Assembly (NCBI GenBank): GCA_965240325.2 | Contig: OZ251223.1 | Location: 2,046,001 to 2,110,000, forward strand | From: Rebecca billardiae RCC1528 | Lineage: Eukaryota > Protista > Haptophyta | Direction: 5' to 3' | DNA length: 64,000 nucleotides | Shown here: positions 1-11,978 of the stretch, piece by piece | How positions within the stretch are numbered: the stretch's first letter is position 1 | Layout of the letters: each line of letters begins with the position of its first letter | The notes under the pieces: generated by a model | Seen by the model: only the letters and a program-made list of their open reading frames with translations | What the model was told of the DNA's origin: nothing | The model's database searches: none | Position numbers and translations under genes: made by a program

Positions 1-599
1 AGCTGACCGTCGATGATTTGACCTCGATGATGCAGCTGCTGCTCGGGCACACGCTGACAACCGATGCGATCGAGGCCATGGCGATTTCTGCACTCACACG
101 CGGGACAGAGCGATCACCCGAAGACAATGGCGGCACGGCAGTTCGCCAGCTTTCTTGGGATGAGTTCATGGAGAGATTTGCCCCCGAGGACCTTGTCGTG
201 AGCATGCAACTCTCGCCTCCGTAACTACTATACACTAGCAGTCCGCCGCCGTTAGTGCCAGCAGTCGGATGACTCTAGTGAGTCAGAGAAAGTGAGGCAA
301 CTACTTCAGAATAGGCACCGGGTCTGATTCAGTCTGTCCGGCAGGATAAAACGGTCGCCATTACCGTAATAAACAAAATGATAGCAATTATTAGTAATTC
401 ACGGAGTCACTACGGCAGCGCCACTCGTAACTATAGCTATAGACTCGCTGACGCAGTCCGTCTTGCCCGTCCCGGATGAACATCACCGATCCGACGGACG
501 CCGTCTCACTCGACACTCGTCTGACGCGTGCGGATTGGATATACTGCCACTGGATAGAGCCCGTTACTGCGTCAGTAGCTATCAGAGACAGGTCGGAGA

Positions 600-719
600 G
601 AAAGAGAGCTAGCTAGAAGTAGAGAGCACATGCAGAGCCAGAGAGAGAGTACTGAGCTCAGAGAGTGAGAGTCAGAGTAAGCTAGAGAGAGAGTAAGCTG
701 CTAGAGAGAGAGAGTAAGC

Positions 720-810
<91 letters not shown>
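600..810. repeat. (AG)n microsatellite, pure tract 721-810 with degenerate left flank
   Basis: Uninterrupted agagag run 721-810, preceded by AG-rich units with a 'gtaagct' interruption. Confidence 0.95.
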
Positions 811-812
<2 letters not shown>

Positions 813-1409
813 GACTAGTTACCAGAGAGACTACAGTTTACTACTGTAAGAATAATAAGAGACGCACACAGCTCAGGCAGGCGAGATTGACGCCCGCGCC
901 AACTGTCACCGCCCATGAAGCCGCGTCGCCGATGGTAGCGCCGTCGGAAGATTCTTTCAGCCGTCCGCCTGCGAGGCCTGGATGAGGGCTGCGGCCGCCT
1001 CGCGGCGCGCCAGCGCCCGTCGTCCTCGCCCCACCGTCGTCTACAAAACGTCGTCGTCCGAATCGTCTCCAACTGGGCGCCGGTGCGACAGTAGAGCAGA
1101 GCCAGAGACGCCGCCGTACCAGCAGTAGTCATTATCGGTCGAGTCATAAATTAATAACTGCTCTGCTGCTTCCGCGCGTTACAAGTAACGTCACGGTAAC
1201 TAGTCGGTATCTAATTCACTACGGGCGCTGATATGATTTGTAACACGCCCACGGGCACGGCGCGACGGCCCGAGTTGAGTAGTATTCCGGGAGTGAGCCG
1301 TAGTGACGACTCAGACTGCCGTGAGTAGTCGGCAGTCACCCATAAGCTGGCATCAGTGATTCCGTCAGCTGCGCGCGTCCAGACTTCGACTCTGATTAGT
1401 GATGCTGAT

Positions 1410-3339
1410 TCAGGCGTCCTGCGCGCCATCCGATGGAAGACCGTGGAATTGCAGCACGGCGTGCACCGCGGTGAAGCCCATCAACGACGGCTCGTGCACA
1501 CGATCGGAGCCGACCTCCCCGAACGGTCGGGGGCCAAACTCCCCGGCAGCAAAGAAGCCAGTGACAGGCATCTCGGGCACAGCGTGCCGCAGTGGGCGGA
1601 GCTCGCTGTCCGCCTCGGCGTGGAAGCGCTCGCCTCGGCCGCAGCACACGAAGCTCACGCAGAACGTCGGGTCGTCACGGTCGAGCTGGGTCAGCGCGTC
1701 TTCTGCACAAGCGCGCAGCTCCGCGGCCGAGCCCTCCGCGTTGACTGACGCGAAGCGGCACAGCTCACCCGGCTTGACCTCGAGATCGACTTCGAGCGCG
1801 CCCGTGCCCGGCAGCACGCGCCGAGGGTGCAGCAGCCGCATGCGGCGCTCCTCCGTGTTGGGCCGGAGGGCGAGGTAGAGCGGCGATGGGAGGTGGCCAT
1901 CATAAAGCGCCGCCGACAGGTCGTGGAGCGCCTGCGTGTGCGCGCGCGGCCCGTGAGGTGCGGGGCTCAGCGAGAAGGCTCGCGCACGCGGCACGGCGCC
2001 CAGCGCGCGCGCGCGGCGGAGGTGCGCGTGCACGCACCTGCAGTGGAGTGCAAGAGCGATCCGGGCCCGCGTCGATCGGGCGCAGCTTCTTGATCACGTG
2101 CATCTGCTCCTGGTGGCCCGGGCACACCGAGCGCTTGCTCGAGTCGGTCTCTACGACCACCCACTCCGTGTCGCCAACCGGCGCGGCACCGCGTGTGACG
2201 GCGGGGACGGACGTGTGGCCGCCCACGAGCACGAGCCCGATGGCGCCCTTCTCACGCCGGAGGCTTGAGCGCAGGGCGTGGTGCGGAGCGCGGAGGAGGA
2301 GACTGCCCGCGCCACGGCGGCGCTCGACGACGAGGCCGCCCATCAGGGGCACCTCCTTCCCTGCGTTGCCCAGGGCGCCGGGCCGCGATGCGCGCGGCAG
2401 CGCACAGCACAAATCGCACGTGTCAGCGGGAGGAGGGTCGAGCGCCTTTGAACCGCGCGGGCGCGTGCAACACTCCCTGGGCGCGGCAGGCGGCGTGGAC
2501 GCGCGGCTCGCACCGCGCAGCGCTTCGACGACCTGCGTGCCCCTGCGCAGGCTATCGCCGTCATCCGCGACGACCAGCGCTGTCGCCGCCGCAGCTGCGT
2601 GCGCGGATGCGGTCGGGAGGACAGCGGCCGGCGCATCGCCGAGAATGGGGTGCGGGCTCGCGTGCGGGTCGGTGTGCGGCTGGAAGAAAGGGTGGAGCTT
2701 GGTCGCCGGCAGGTGGAGCAGGCTGACGGAGAGGATGGGGGTGGTGTCATCATCCACCTCACGCACGCGCTTCGCGGTGCTGCCGATGACACCTCGGTCA
2801 CTCACGGCGCCGAGGATGACACACGACGTCGGGAGCAGGCCGGCGAGCACCTCTGCCGCGCCCGCCGTGTGCTCAGAGCAGAAGATGGTGCAGAGGTCAG
2901 GCTTCAGGGGCATCCAGAGCGCGTCAAGCATGGCGCGCGCGTCCGCGACGTCCTGCATCGCGTTCACCAGACTTGCGTGCGTCGCGCCATCCCCGCCCAT
3001 GCACGTCTCCAGCTCGGCCTCGAAGCGCTCCTTGAGCATCGCAATCAGGTTGTCGTCAGAGCCCGCCTCGGCAACGATCTCGTTGGTGTCCACGCTGAGC
3101 TTCCCGAGCAGGTAGTTGAGCTCGTGAATGCCCAGCTCGTCGTCATGCCGCTCGTCCAGGTTCTTGCGGCCCTGGGAGCCCACCTGGACGTGTGTGCGCA
3201 CCATCGGCTGCCTGGCGAGGCGGCGGGCAATGTCGCGCATCGTCTTGCAGGTGCAACTCAGCCGCGCCATCGTGGTGTACGAGACGTGTGAGACCACGTG
3301 CACCTGGAGGACGTCATCACCGAGTCCTAGGAGCTCCAT
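1410..3339 (-). CDS. F-box + FIST-domain protein (FBXO22-like), spliced
   Basis: ATG at 3339 gives an F-box-like MELLGLGDDVLQVHVVSHVSYTTMARLSCTCKTMR. The C-terminal exon has the FIST_C motifs FVCCGRG and PVTGFFAAGEFGP. Probable GT-AG introns at ~2361-2513 and ~1932-2036 join the two reading frames. Confidence 0.75.
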
Positions 3340-3421
3340 CGTCGCACTGCGCACTGATTGTGGCGAGGGGGCGCGAGTCGTGGTCCGAAGCTTCCCCGAG
3401 GCCCGCCGACCGGGGGAGAAG

Positions 3422-4541
3422 CAAGGGGAGTCAGGGTACAGCACGTCCAGTTGGGCTGCAGCTGGAGCTTGGGTCCAAAAGCTTCCCGCCGCGCAGCGGC
3501 ACTCGCCGCCGCCGCCGCCGTCGATGGGCGGTTGTGGCGCGCACGGCGTGAGCCGCTGCGGGCGCTGAGGTGCGCGCGACGGCGGCGCGCCCGGCGGCGC
3601 TGCTGTAGGAGACCACTGCCCTCCTCTCTGCCCCGCGCGCTTCGCTCGTCGTCGCCGTCTCCGCGCCTGCGACCAGCGCGCACGCGATCGCCGCACCGCC
3701 CGGCAGCCGGGGCAATCTCAGCCGTGACTGCGCATGTGCGTCGCGACCTGGTCGGCCCAGCGCGCGAGGCGCGTGCGGGCGAGGCAGGGCCAGTGTGGCC
3801 GCGCGCCATGCCGCCTCGACCTTGCGCCGGTGGGCATGTCGCCGGCCTTGCACCTCTGTCGACAACGTTGACAACCAATGCGGCACGCAAGCGCAGACGT
3901 CAGTGTGCACGATCGAGGCAGTAGGCGTACAGACGCGATAGTTGCAGAGCCTTTTGTGATCATGCGAGTCATGCATTGTCAGCGACTCTCGCCCAGGTCG
4001 TCTGCGCGCTGAACTGACGTTTTGACTGAGTGCCTCGAGATCGCCTCGACGATGGCCCGTGCATTGCTTGAACACTCACCACAGTCCAAGCGGGCAACCA
4101 GACACATGTGCTCAGTTCCCTGTTGTACGCTCTGATGGGCTTACTTGAGGCGGCATGGCGCGCGGCCACACTGGCCCTGCCTCGCCCGCACGCGCCTCGC
4201 GCGCTGGGCCGACCAGGTCGCGACGCACATGCGCAGTCACGGCTGAGATTGCCCCGGCTGCCGGGCGGTGCGGCGATCGCGTGCGCGCTGGTCGCAGGCG
4301 CGGAGACGGCGACGACGAGCGAAGCGCGCGGGGCAGAGAGGAGGGCAGTGGTCTCCTACAGCAGCGCCGCCGGGCGCGCCGCCGTCGCGCGCACCTCAGC
4401 GCCCGCAGCGGCTCACGCCGTGCGCGCCACACCGCCCATCGACGGCGGCGGCGGCGGCGAGTGCCGCTGCGCGGCGGGAAGCTTTTGGACCCAAGCTCCA
4501 GCTGCAGCCCAACTGGACGTGCTGTACCCTGACTCCCCTTG
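3422..4541. mobile_element. Non-autonomous long-TIR (foldback/Mutator-like) element
   Basis: 3422-3817 and 4147-4541 are near-perfect ~395-bp inverted repeats around a 329-bp spacer. The flanks carry the direct repeat (G)GGAGAAG at 3414/5-3421 and 4541/2-4548, a 7-8 bp TSD. Confidence 0.85.
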
Positions 4542-4876
4542 GGAGAAGTCGCCGCAGACTCGCAGAGGGAAAGGCCGCGGCGGGCGGGCGCGGGACCGCT
4601 TTCGCTTTTCGGCCGCCCGGCGTGCGGGCGCCGCCGGCGGCGGGCGCAGGGCTGCAAAGCTCCAAGCTGCGCGTCCGGGACGGAATTCATCGTCCCGAAT
4701 TTCAATTCCGGCCTCTTGCCGATTGTTCATTGTCATCAAGCATGGCGGCGGACGAGGAAAATGCGACGACACTGACGACATGGATGACCCCTCGGGCTCA
4801 CCCAACCGAGCGCGCAAGACCGACACTCGCCGCGTGCACACTCGCGTGCGGTGGTGCCAGGCGCGTCCTTCGAGTC

Positions 4877-7800
4877 TCACACGACAGCAGTGAACAGCCG
4901 CTCCGGCACGAGGACGCCGTTGTGGATGTGCATCACAGCCGGCTCGATGCCGGCACTCGCCCGAGCGGCAGTAGACACGCGCGCGGCCGAGTCTGTGGCA
5001 TCAGCGCACGCCTCGCGCCCAGCGCCCTCGGGCCGAGCTTCAGACCGCGCTTGGAGGAGCGCGTGCAGCTCGCCAAGTAGGAGCCTACCCTCCTCGCGCG
5101 TCGCCCAGGCGTGATCACCATTCGCAATGCTGCCGAGCTGCTCGAGGAGCACGCGCTGCTCGTCTGCGTGCCTCGCAAAGAACGGGCCCAGCCACGGCGC
5201 CGTCGATGAGACGAGAAGCCGGGTGTACCGCACGCACGCGCGCACCAGAGACACGGCGCCACGTCCCTCCATCGCAGCTGGCGCAGCGGACGCAGCGCCG
5301 AAGCACCCGTGCCGCAGCAGCGAGCGCAGCACGAGCGCGTTCCATGCTTCGTGTGCAAAGTCGGCTTCGAACGAGCTGCCTGCCACCTTGAGCGCCGTGA
5401 GTAGCGATGCGATCGGCGCGATCAGGGTGCACGCGGCGCCCGCGCCAGGCCCGAGGGTGCCTCCGACGCACACCAGGCGGTTGAGCAGCGCGAACCTCAG
5501 CGGCGTGCACAGCAGGCCGCTGCGCTCCACGAGCTCCGGCCGGCGCGCGGCGAGCACGGCGAGCAGGCGCAGCGCGAGCGCAGCGGCGACCTCGTCGTCC
5601 GAGCCGAGCATGTGCTCGATCGCGGTGGACGCCGGCGCGTCGAGTGCAGCACCGCCGTCGGCGGGCGACGCCGTCATCGCCGCGCGGAGCGGCTGGCCGC
5701 ACTCTGCCGTGCCGAGGCTGTCCAGCGTCGCAGGCACGGCGCGCTCGGCAAGAAGAGCCAGCGCCACGGTCGCGGCAGCCTGGAGGCGCGCGCCGTTGGC
5801 ATTGATCGCGGGCACGGCCAGCAGGCGCCCAATGTGTGTGCACAGCGCGCGCTCGTCGAGTGCCGCGGGGAGTCTCGGCGATGACGATGAAGCGCACACG
5901 CCTGGCTCCGAGCGCGCGCCGATCGGCGTGCACGTGGCCGCGAGATGTGCCATCGGCGGCGCGCCCGCTGCGCCCGCCTGGTCGGGCCGCGCACTCGCGA
6001 GCAGCGCGGAGAGCGCGTTGAGCGTGTGCAGCAGCGCAGGTCCGTGCGACGCGCTTGCGGCCAGTTGCAAGCAGCGGGGGAAGGCGGTGCTCGGCGGCTG
6101 CGGCGGACTCGTCGTCGCAGCGTGGTGCGCGCTCGCGGCGTTGTGCACGAGCACATGCGCGCGCAGCTCCATCGCGAGCGAGAGCGCGTCCAGATGCGCG
6201 CCTGGTGCCGCGCCGAGCCCTGCCGCCGCCGTGACGAGGGCTTCGACGGCGCGCTGCAGCACGGGCAGCAGCCCGCGGTACACGAGCAGCTCGACGGACG
6301 CGTGGCCGCCCGCGAAGCACGCGACGCGCAGGCACTTGAGCACCGCACCGAGCTGCACCTCGTCGCTCGACCACTCGTCGACGAGCGCGACCAGGGCATC
6401 GGCGGTCGCTGCGTCCACCGGGCACACGAGCTCGAGCAGCGCGGCGCGCCCAGTGCGAGCGCCGTCGGCGGCAGGGAGGGCGGTCTCAGCCGGCAGTGGC
6501 GCGCCTTCGTGCAGCCACTGCGACTCGGTGCGCAGCCACGCGCCGAGACTTGCGCGCACCTCAAGGCGCGCGCGCTCGCCGGGCAGCCCGAGGCGCCAAC
6601 GCACACACTCGACTGCCATCGCCTGCAGCGCTGCCGCGCCGCGCGCGTCGACCGCGCTCACGAGGAGCTCGAGCCCGTGGAAGCAGCCGGCGGGGGCAGG
6701 CTGCACGGGCGCGCGGCCGGGCCTGCCAGCCCCACAGGTAGCTGCGACCCACAGCCGGCAGAGCCGGAGCTGCGAATCGGGCGCGAACGCGTGCACGAGG
6801 GCTGCGGTCGAGCGCACAAACGAGCACACGGCGTCACGCAGCGCCGCCCCGCCGCCAGCGTCGACGCCGGATGCGTCCACGCGTGAGCCGGGCACGCAGC
6901 AGAACGCAAAGGCGTACACGACGTCGACCTCCACGCTCGCGCGCTGAGCATCCAGTGCAGCGCCAGGCAGGCGCGTGAGCCAGGCGCGCAGCACCTCGCG
7001 CGGCATGAGGCTGAGCTGCAGTTCGATCTCGGTCGAGGCGGGGAGCGCGATCGGGAGCACCTCGTGCGTCAGACGCGGGAGCGAAAGTGCTGGCAAAGCG
7101 GCGAGGACGGCGCGATTGGCCAAGGCGACGAGTACAGCGGAAGGGGGGTTGCGCGCCATGTCGCCCGCCCGCCCGCCGAGGAAGTCGGTGCTGAGCACCT
7201 CGCGCGCGTATGGAGCGTGGCTGGCCTCGCCCGTGCACGCGCAGTTCGAGAGGACGGCGGCTGTCAGGTCGACCACGCCCTCGGCGCACGTGTCCGCGAG
7301 CTGTGGCAGTCGGCGCATGAGTGGGCGCAGCACGCTCTCGAAGCACAGCTCCGCGAACGTGGCGCACGCAGCAGCGTCCTGCGCCTCCTCGTCCGCTGGC
7401 TCATCGGTTGGCAGCGCGCCATCGGCGCGGCACGTGCCAACGGTGTCACGCAGCTCCGGACTGCAGCCGTGCACGCCCGTCGGGTGCGTATCGAGCGCAA
7501 AGGCGGCGCACGCGCACAGGCCATGCAGCGCGTCTTGATTGTCGCCGACGGCGACGAGGGCCTTTGCGCTCGACGCGGATCCGTAGCGGCCGTCCGCACA
7601 CTCGGCACCTGCCGGTGGCGAGTGCTTGATGACCTGAGTGCACAGCTTGACAAGGCTGCTCCGGAGATCGGCTCCGCCGCGCAAGCCGACCGCGCGCAGG
7701 CACCGGACGGCAGCCTCGGCAGCGAGGAGCGCTCGCGTCATGGCCGACTGCGAGCGGAATGGTATAACGGCGCTGCACAGCGCTGGGAGGTGCGCGCTCG

Positions 7801-8995
7801 CACAGGCTGGCTCCCTCAGCGCGATCTCGACGAGGTCGAAGACGCGGCCGGCGCGAGCGCCATCGAGGAGATCCCCGCGCGTCAGGAGCGTGAGCAGCAC
7901 GGGCGCGCCTTGCACGAGCTGCTCGCAGGCGAGCGGCCGGCCGACAGCGCCGGACTCGGCACGCGTGAGACGTGCGTGGTTGGTGCTGAGCATGACCAGT
8001 GCGTGAAGCGCGTCGAGCGCGCTCACGGCGACGCGCGCGAGCTCGTCGACCCCGGCCGCCCCGGCAGCGCCACGGTCGAGCGTCGCGGAACGCAACGCCT
8101 CGAGCAGGAACATCGCGCCGTCGGCACGGTCGAGGGCGAGCGCGAGGGACTCGGGCCCTGCGCGACAGGCGGCCATCACGAGCAGCGACGCCTCAAGCTG
8201 CAGCTCGGGCGAGCCCAAAAGCCAGCGGCGCACGTGCTCGGCGAGGCGCGTGACGGTGGTGCCGGCGGTTGCGGTGCATGCACCGCTGAGCACGGCGCCG
8301 CTCGCGCCGTGCGCGATGAGCACGCGCAGCAGCCGCGCGTGGTCGACGATGAGCGGCGTTTGGCCATTGGCTCGCTCAATGGCGCGTAGGTGAACCTCGA
8401 GGTTGAGGCCGATCGCAGCCGCAAGCCAGGCCGGTCCAGAGCCGATGTGCGCGACGCGAACGAGCACGCGCGCCCGGACGGCGCATGCGCCCGCTTGCAG
8501 ATGATCGTCGCCGATCTCGGCAGCGATGCGGGCGCACCAGTCGCCCTCCACCTCGCGCGCGAGGGCGGGAGTGATCAACCCGCCGACGAGGACGAGGTGC
8601 GCCGATGGTGGCGGCTGCCGCCGCTCCTCTCGCAACCGCTCCATCTCGAGCGCTGCAAGATGAACCACCGCATGTGCAGCTGTCACACCCTCGGGGCCGC
8701 CTTCGTCCGTGGCGGCGACACCGTCGGCGCGACAGAGCGCAAAGAGCATGTGTAGGATGGCGCCCGTGAGCTCGTCGTCCGCGCAGGCTAGCGCGCGCAC
8801 CGCCGGCGCGCCGAGCACCGCCGCGAACACGCCCGGCGCAAGCGCTCGCGTGACCGCGCAGGTAGACAGGCGGCGACACACGTGGACCTTCTGCAGCGTG
8901 GGCGCACGCTCGTTGTCGAGCAGCGCGCCAGCACAGTGCGCGCACAGGTCGCCCGCCGACGCCAGCCCCGAGCAAGCCTGCGCACGGCAAGCCAT
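4877..8995 (-). CDS. Large alpha-helical (ARM/HEAT-like) protein, MEI1/PRD1-like meiotic DSB factor
   Basis: 1372-aa open frame with Leu/Ala-rich helical composition. The N-terminal LCAHCAGALLDNERAPTLQKVHV resembles the LCxxC...LL..P...K.H motif at the N-terminus of MEI1/PRD1, and the size is similar. Confidence 0.6.
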   Translation of the reverse strand: MACRAQACSGLASAGDLCAHCAGALLDNERAPTLQKVHVCRRLSTCAVTRALAPGVFAAVLGAPAVRALACADDELTGAILHMLFALCRADGVAATDEGGPEGVTAAHAVVHLAALEMERLREERRQPPPSAHLVLVGGLITPALAREVEGDWCARIAAEIGDDHLQAGACAVRARVLVRVAHIGSGPAWLAAAIGLNLEVHLRAIERANGQTPLIVDHARLLRVLIAHGASGAVLSGACTATAGTTVTRLAEHVRRWLLGSPELQLEASLLVMAACRAGPESLALALDRADGAMFLLEALRSATLDRGAAGAAGVDELARVAVSALDALHALVMLSTNHARLTRAESGAVGRPLACEQLVQGAPVLLTLLTRGDLLDGARAGRVFDLVEIALREPACASAHLPALCSAVIPFRSQSAMTRALLAAEAAVRCLRAVGLRGGADLRSSLVKLCTQVIKHSPPAGAECADGRYGSASSAKALVAVGDNQDALHGLCACAAFALDTHPTGVHGCSPELRDTVGTCRADGALPTDEPADEEAQDAAACATFAELCFESVLRPLMRRLPQLADTCAEGVVDLTAAVLSNCACTGEASHAPYAREVLSTDFLGGRAGDMARNPPSAVLVALANRAVLAALPALSLPRLTHEVLPIALPASTEIELQLSLMPREVLRAWLTRLPGAALDAQRASVEVDVVYAFAFCCVPGSRVDASGVDAGGGAALRDAVCSFVRSTAALVHAFAPDSQLRLCRLWVAATCGAGRPGRAPVQPAPAGCFHGLELLVSAVDARGAAALQAMAVECVRWRLGLPGERARLEVRASLGAWLRTESQWLHEGAPLPAETALPAADGARTGRAALLELVCPVDAATADALVALVDEWSSDEVQLGAVLKCLRVACFAGGHASVELLVYRGLLPVLQRAVEALVTAAAGLGAAPGAHLDALSLAMELRAHVLVHNAASAHHAATTSPPQPPSTAFPRCLQLAASASHGPALLHTLNALSALLASARPDQAGAAGAPPMAHLAATCTPIGARSEPGVCASSSSPRLPAALDERALCTHIGRLLAVPAINANGARLQAAATVALALLAERAVPATLDSLGTAECGQPLRAAMTASPADGGAALDAPASTAIEHMLGSDDEVAAALALRLLAVLAARRPELVERSGLLCTPLRFALLNRLVCVGGTLGPGAGAACTLIAPIASLLTALKVAGSSFEADFAHEAWNALVLRSLLRHGCFGAASAAPAAMEGRGAVSLVRACVRYTRLLVSSTAPWLGPFFARHADEQRVLLEQLGSIANGDHAWATREEGRLLLGELHALLQARSEARPEGAGREACADATDSAARVSTAARASAGIEPAVMHIHNGVLVPERLFTAVV

Positions 8996-10356
8996 CTCGC
9001 ACGGAGGCGGCGGTCTGCCCCGCCAGGCTCTCGTGAGGAGGACGACCGGTGGGCACGCTGAGCGCCTGAGCAGCAGGGAGCTGTCCGGAGTCTCGCTCTG
9101 GATCCAGCGTGTCCAGTGCAGACTAATTCTATGATTTAAAAGACACAGGCACTGCAGAGGCGCTCAGAAGTCAGAACTAGCTGGATGATTTTCATTTTTG
9201 ATATGAGATTTCTGATTTCTGACCCACGGCACCGGCGCACCGCTGGGCGACGGTGGTGGCTGCGAGGGTGTGCTCTACTGGCGGGGAGCGCACAGGGCAC
9301 GGCGCTGCGGGCGCGGGTGTGCCCGCAGAGCCGGCGCGTGCGGGCGGGCTGTTGCGTCAGAGCATCTGGCGCCCTCGCGCCCCGCGTGTCTCGCGTCACG
9401 CCTCTTGCACTGCGGCTTAGTAGGGAGTAACTTCTGCTGCTAAGTGCGCTCGCGCGCTGCCTCATGGCCAGCCTTGCCGCGCCGCAGCTGACTGCGCGCG
9501 CGCCGTGCGAGGCGTGGGAGGAAATGGCATCAGCGCGAGGAAAGCGTCGCATCCCGCACATAAATGGCCGTGCGGTGATTGACTGTCTCGCAGGCGTAGC
9601 CCGCGTGGCCCGTCTGACGCTGTTCTGTGTCTTTGTGGCCGTCCCCACAAGGGTGCTCGCAAGGCCGTGCACGGCCATGCGCGAGTAGTTGAAGAGGCGT
9701 GCAATCGGGCCGACGATACGCTCTTGAAGGCGTCGCGGGGTGGCATGGCGCGTGCCTACGACGTCGCCATCTCGGCGCGGCAGGCTGGCGTTGAGGTGGT
9801 GCGATGGTTCATTCCTGCAAGCTCGGCTTGCTCGAGAGCTCATCACTGGACGTGATTAATATGGATGCAGACGCGAATGAATACGACTAGATAGTAGTGC
9901 GGGTATGCAATTAGCGGAGGAGTGTTCAGGCCATAAATAATCGACCTCGTGGCCACGAGCTGCCGCCGTTTCCATCGCTCTGAAAGCCAAGCATGATTTT
10001 GGGCGCGGGTGTGCAATCCTGGTGATTATCATCATAACAATGTGATTGGGCAGGATAAATAGTAGTAGCCATTCAATTTGCATAAGCGGAGAGCAGTCTT
10101 AAATGGGGGAAGCGCCAAGATCTCCCGTTACTCAACAGTTCTGAGGCCCAGTGCGCCGTTACTGCCACGAAGCGGTCAGATTTGAATGTAGGCGCGCCTC
10201 TTCGCGCAATCTCCGCCTTCTCGCGGGTTCAAGTTGAACCGCGAATACTCAAGCGCGCCTTGGTCATCATGTGCGCCACGATCCCGCTGGCGAGCGTTGC
10301 TCGGGGAGGAGGAACCCACACACCTGCACACGCCGCCGCCAACCCCCCGCGACGAC

Positions 10357-11106
10357 ATGGCCCGAGCACCTATCCACCCGCCTCCACCATCCGCCTCGCG
10401 CGGACGCAAGGCACCGCCGCCGCAGGTGGCGCACGCCAGGCCTGCCGAGGTCGTGGTGATGGGCCAGCCCCTTCCCGTCGCTCGCGAGCCCGTCTACGCC
10501 GTGCCCGCCGTCGCGGCCGAGCCCGTGATGTACATGGCGGACCGAGCATACGCAACATTCGGTGCTGGCTACATGGCCGCGCCGCCCCAGCCCGCGTATT
10601 CGTACGCGCCCGTGGAGCACGCGTACTACCAGCCGATGCCCCCGTCACAATACGTCTACGTGCCCGCGCCACCGCCCCAGATGATGGTGGCCGCCCATCC
10701 GGCACACTCGGTCCCGCCGCCGGGCTACATGCACTACGAGATGGCGCCAGCGCCCCCGTGCGTCCAGGCGACGGCGTACGCGCATCCGACTCCTGCTGGC
10801 CCGCCGGGGCACCTCGTGGTGGGCCATCCGCAGCAACCCGCCGCCGTTGGTGCCCCTGCCAGTGCGCCGCCAGCTCCTAAGGGGCGGAAGCCGATGGCCA
10901 CGATCGACGTGCATTCTCGGCAGCGGCCTGCGACCACGCGCGTGCGCGCGCGCGCTGGCAAGGTGACGACGTCGCGCGCGCGCAAGCAGACCGTGCCCTA
11001 CTCCCGCTCAGCTCGCGGTGCCGCCCAAGGGCGTCTGCAGGCGATGGTGGGCGAGATCGCGGCCAACATTAACCGCACAATCGTGCCTGACGGCGACACA
11101 GAATGA
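10357..11106 (+). CDS. Hypothetical Pro/Tyr/Ala-rich low-complexity protein
   Basis: The frame is rich in Tyr/Met/Pro (e.g. PPQPAYSYAPVEHAYYQPMPP) with C/G-ending codons, unlike the Arg/Ala shadow frames. First ATG at 10357. Confidence 0.55.
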   Translation: MARAPIHPPPPSASRGRKAPPPQVAHARPAEVVVMGQPLPVAREPVYAVPAVAAEPVMYMADRAYATFGAGYMAAPPQPAYSYAPVEHAYYQPMPPSQYVYVPAPPPQMMVAAHPAHSVPPPGYMHYEMAPAPPCVQATAYAHPTPAGPPGHLVVGHPQQPAAVGAPASAPPAPKGRKPMATIDVHSRQRPATTRVRARAGKVTTSRARKQTVPYSRSARGAAQGRLQAMVGEIAANINRTIVPDGDTE

Positions 11107-11978
11107 TCGGCGTCCGAGCCCCTCGCATCAATCACTGGCCGAACAGCATCCCCCGTCGAGCGCTGGACACTCCGTGCACACAGGCGGTCAGGCTTCGCCT
11201 TTCCTCGTGTCGTCAAGTTCTCTGCTCCACGCGAGCCCCACCCCTACCGCGCAAAACTGGCTTTCGCCCGCACTGACGGAACTGCGCCTGACACGCGGAG
11301 TTAGTACTGACTGAGACCGGCGTGTGACTGTGAGTGGCGCGGGACCGCCGCGACTGACTGACACCGTCACCGTGTCCGTGACTCACTGACCGCCGACCGG
11401 CCTACCCCGAGTACCCGGGGCGGTAAGCCGAGCTCTACCAGACCTAGGCTGGGCCGTCGCACCTGCTCCGCCTCCGTCCGGCACCGGCGGCGGGACTCGG
11501 AGTGACCGTGACGACCGCGCGGCGCGCCCGCGCCGCGGCGCCGCGGCCGGCGCCGGGCGCGGGCGCCGCTGCGGAGCCCGCGGCCGCTAGCACTACGTCT
11601 AGATACGCCATACGGACCGCAGAGTACACTATTATTAATAAGCTACCGTAGTATATATATGAGTGAAGTATCGATATCGTACTCAGACGTTCACTACGTA
11701 TAATGAGTATTTATAATATAATGCATACGAATTTACATCGTACTCTATGATACCGTAATTAATATGACGTATCATACGGACGCGTACTGTATCGCCTATC
11801 GGCTCCGCGCCCGACCGGCCGACCGGGCCTGCGATTCAGGGAATCTCAATTACAGGCACTATAATAATTACGCATGCATCAGGGTAAGTCATTTTAAAAT
11901 AAGTGGGATTAAACCGCGCCGGCCTGCTACTGTCTGCACGGCCGTACTGACTCTCATTCTCACTGCTCAGTGCAGTCG

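Noticed and set aside
18-224. Short ORF at the window start
   Set aside because: May be the tail of an upstream gene or element, but it is too short to identify.
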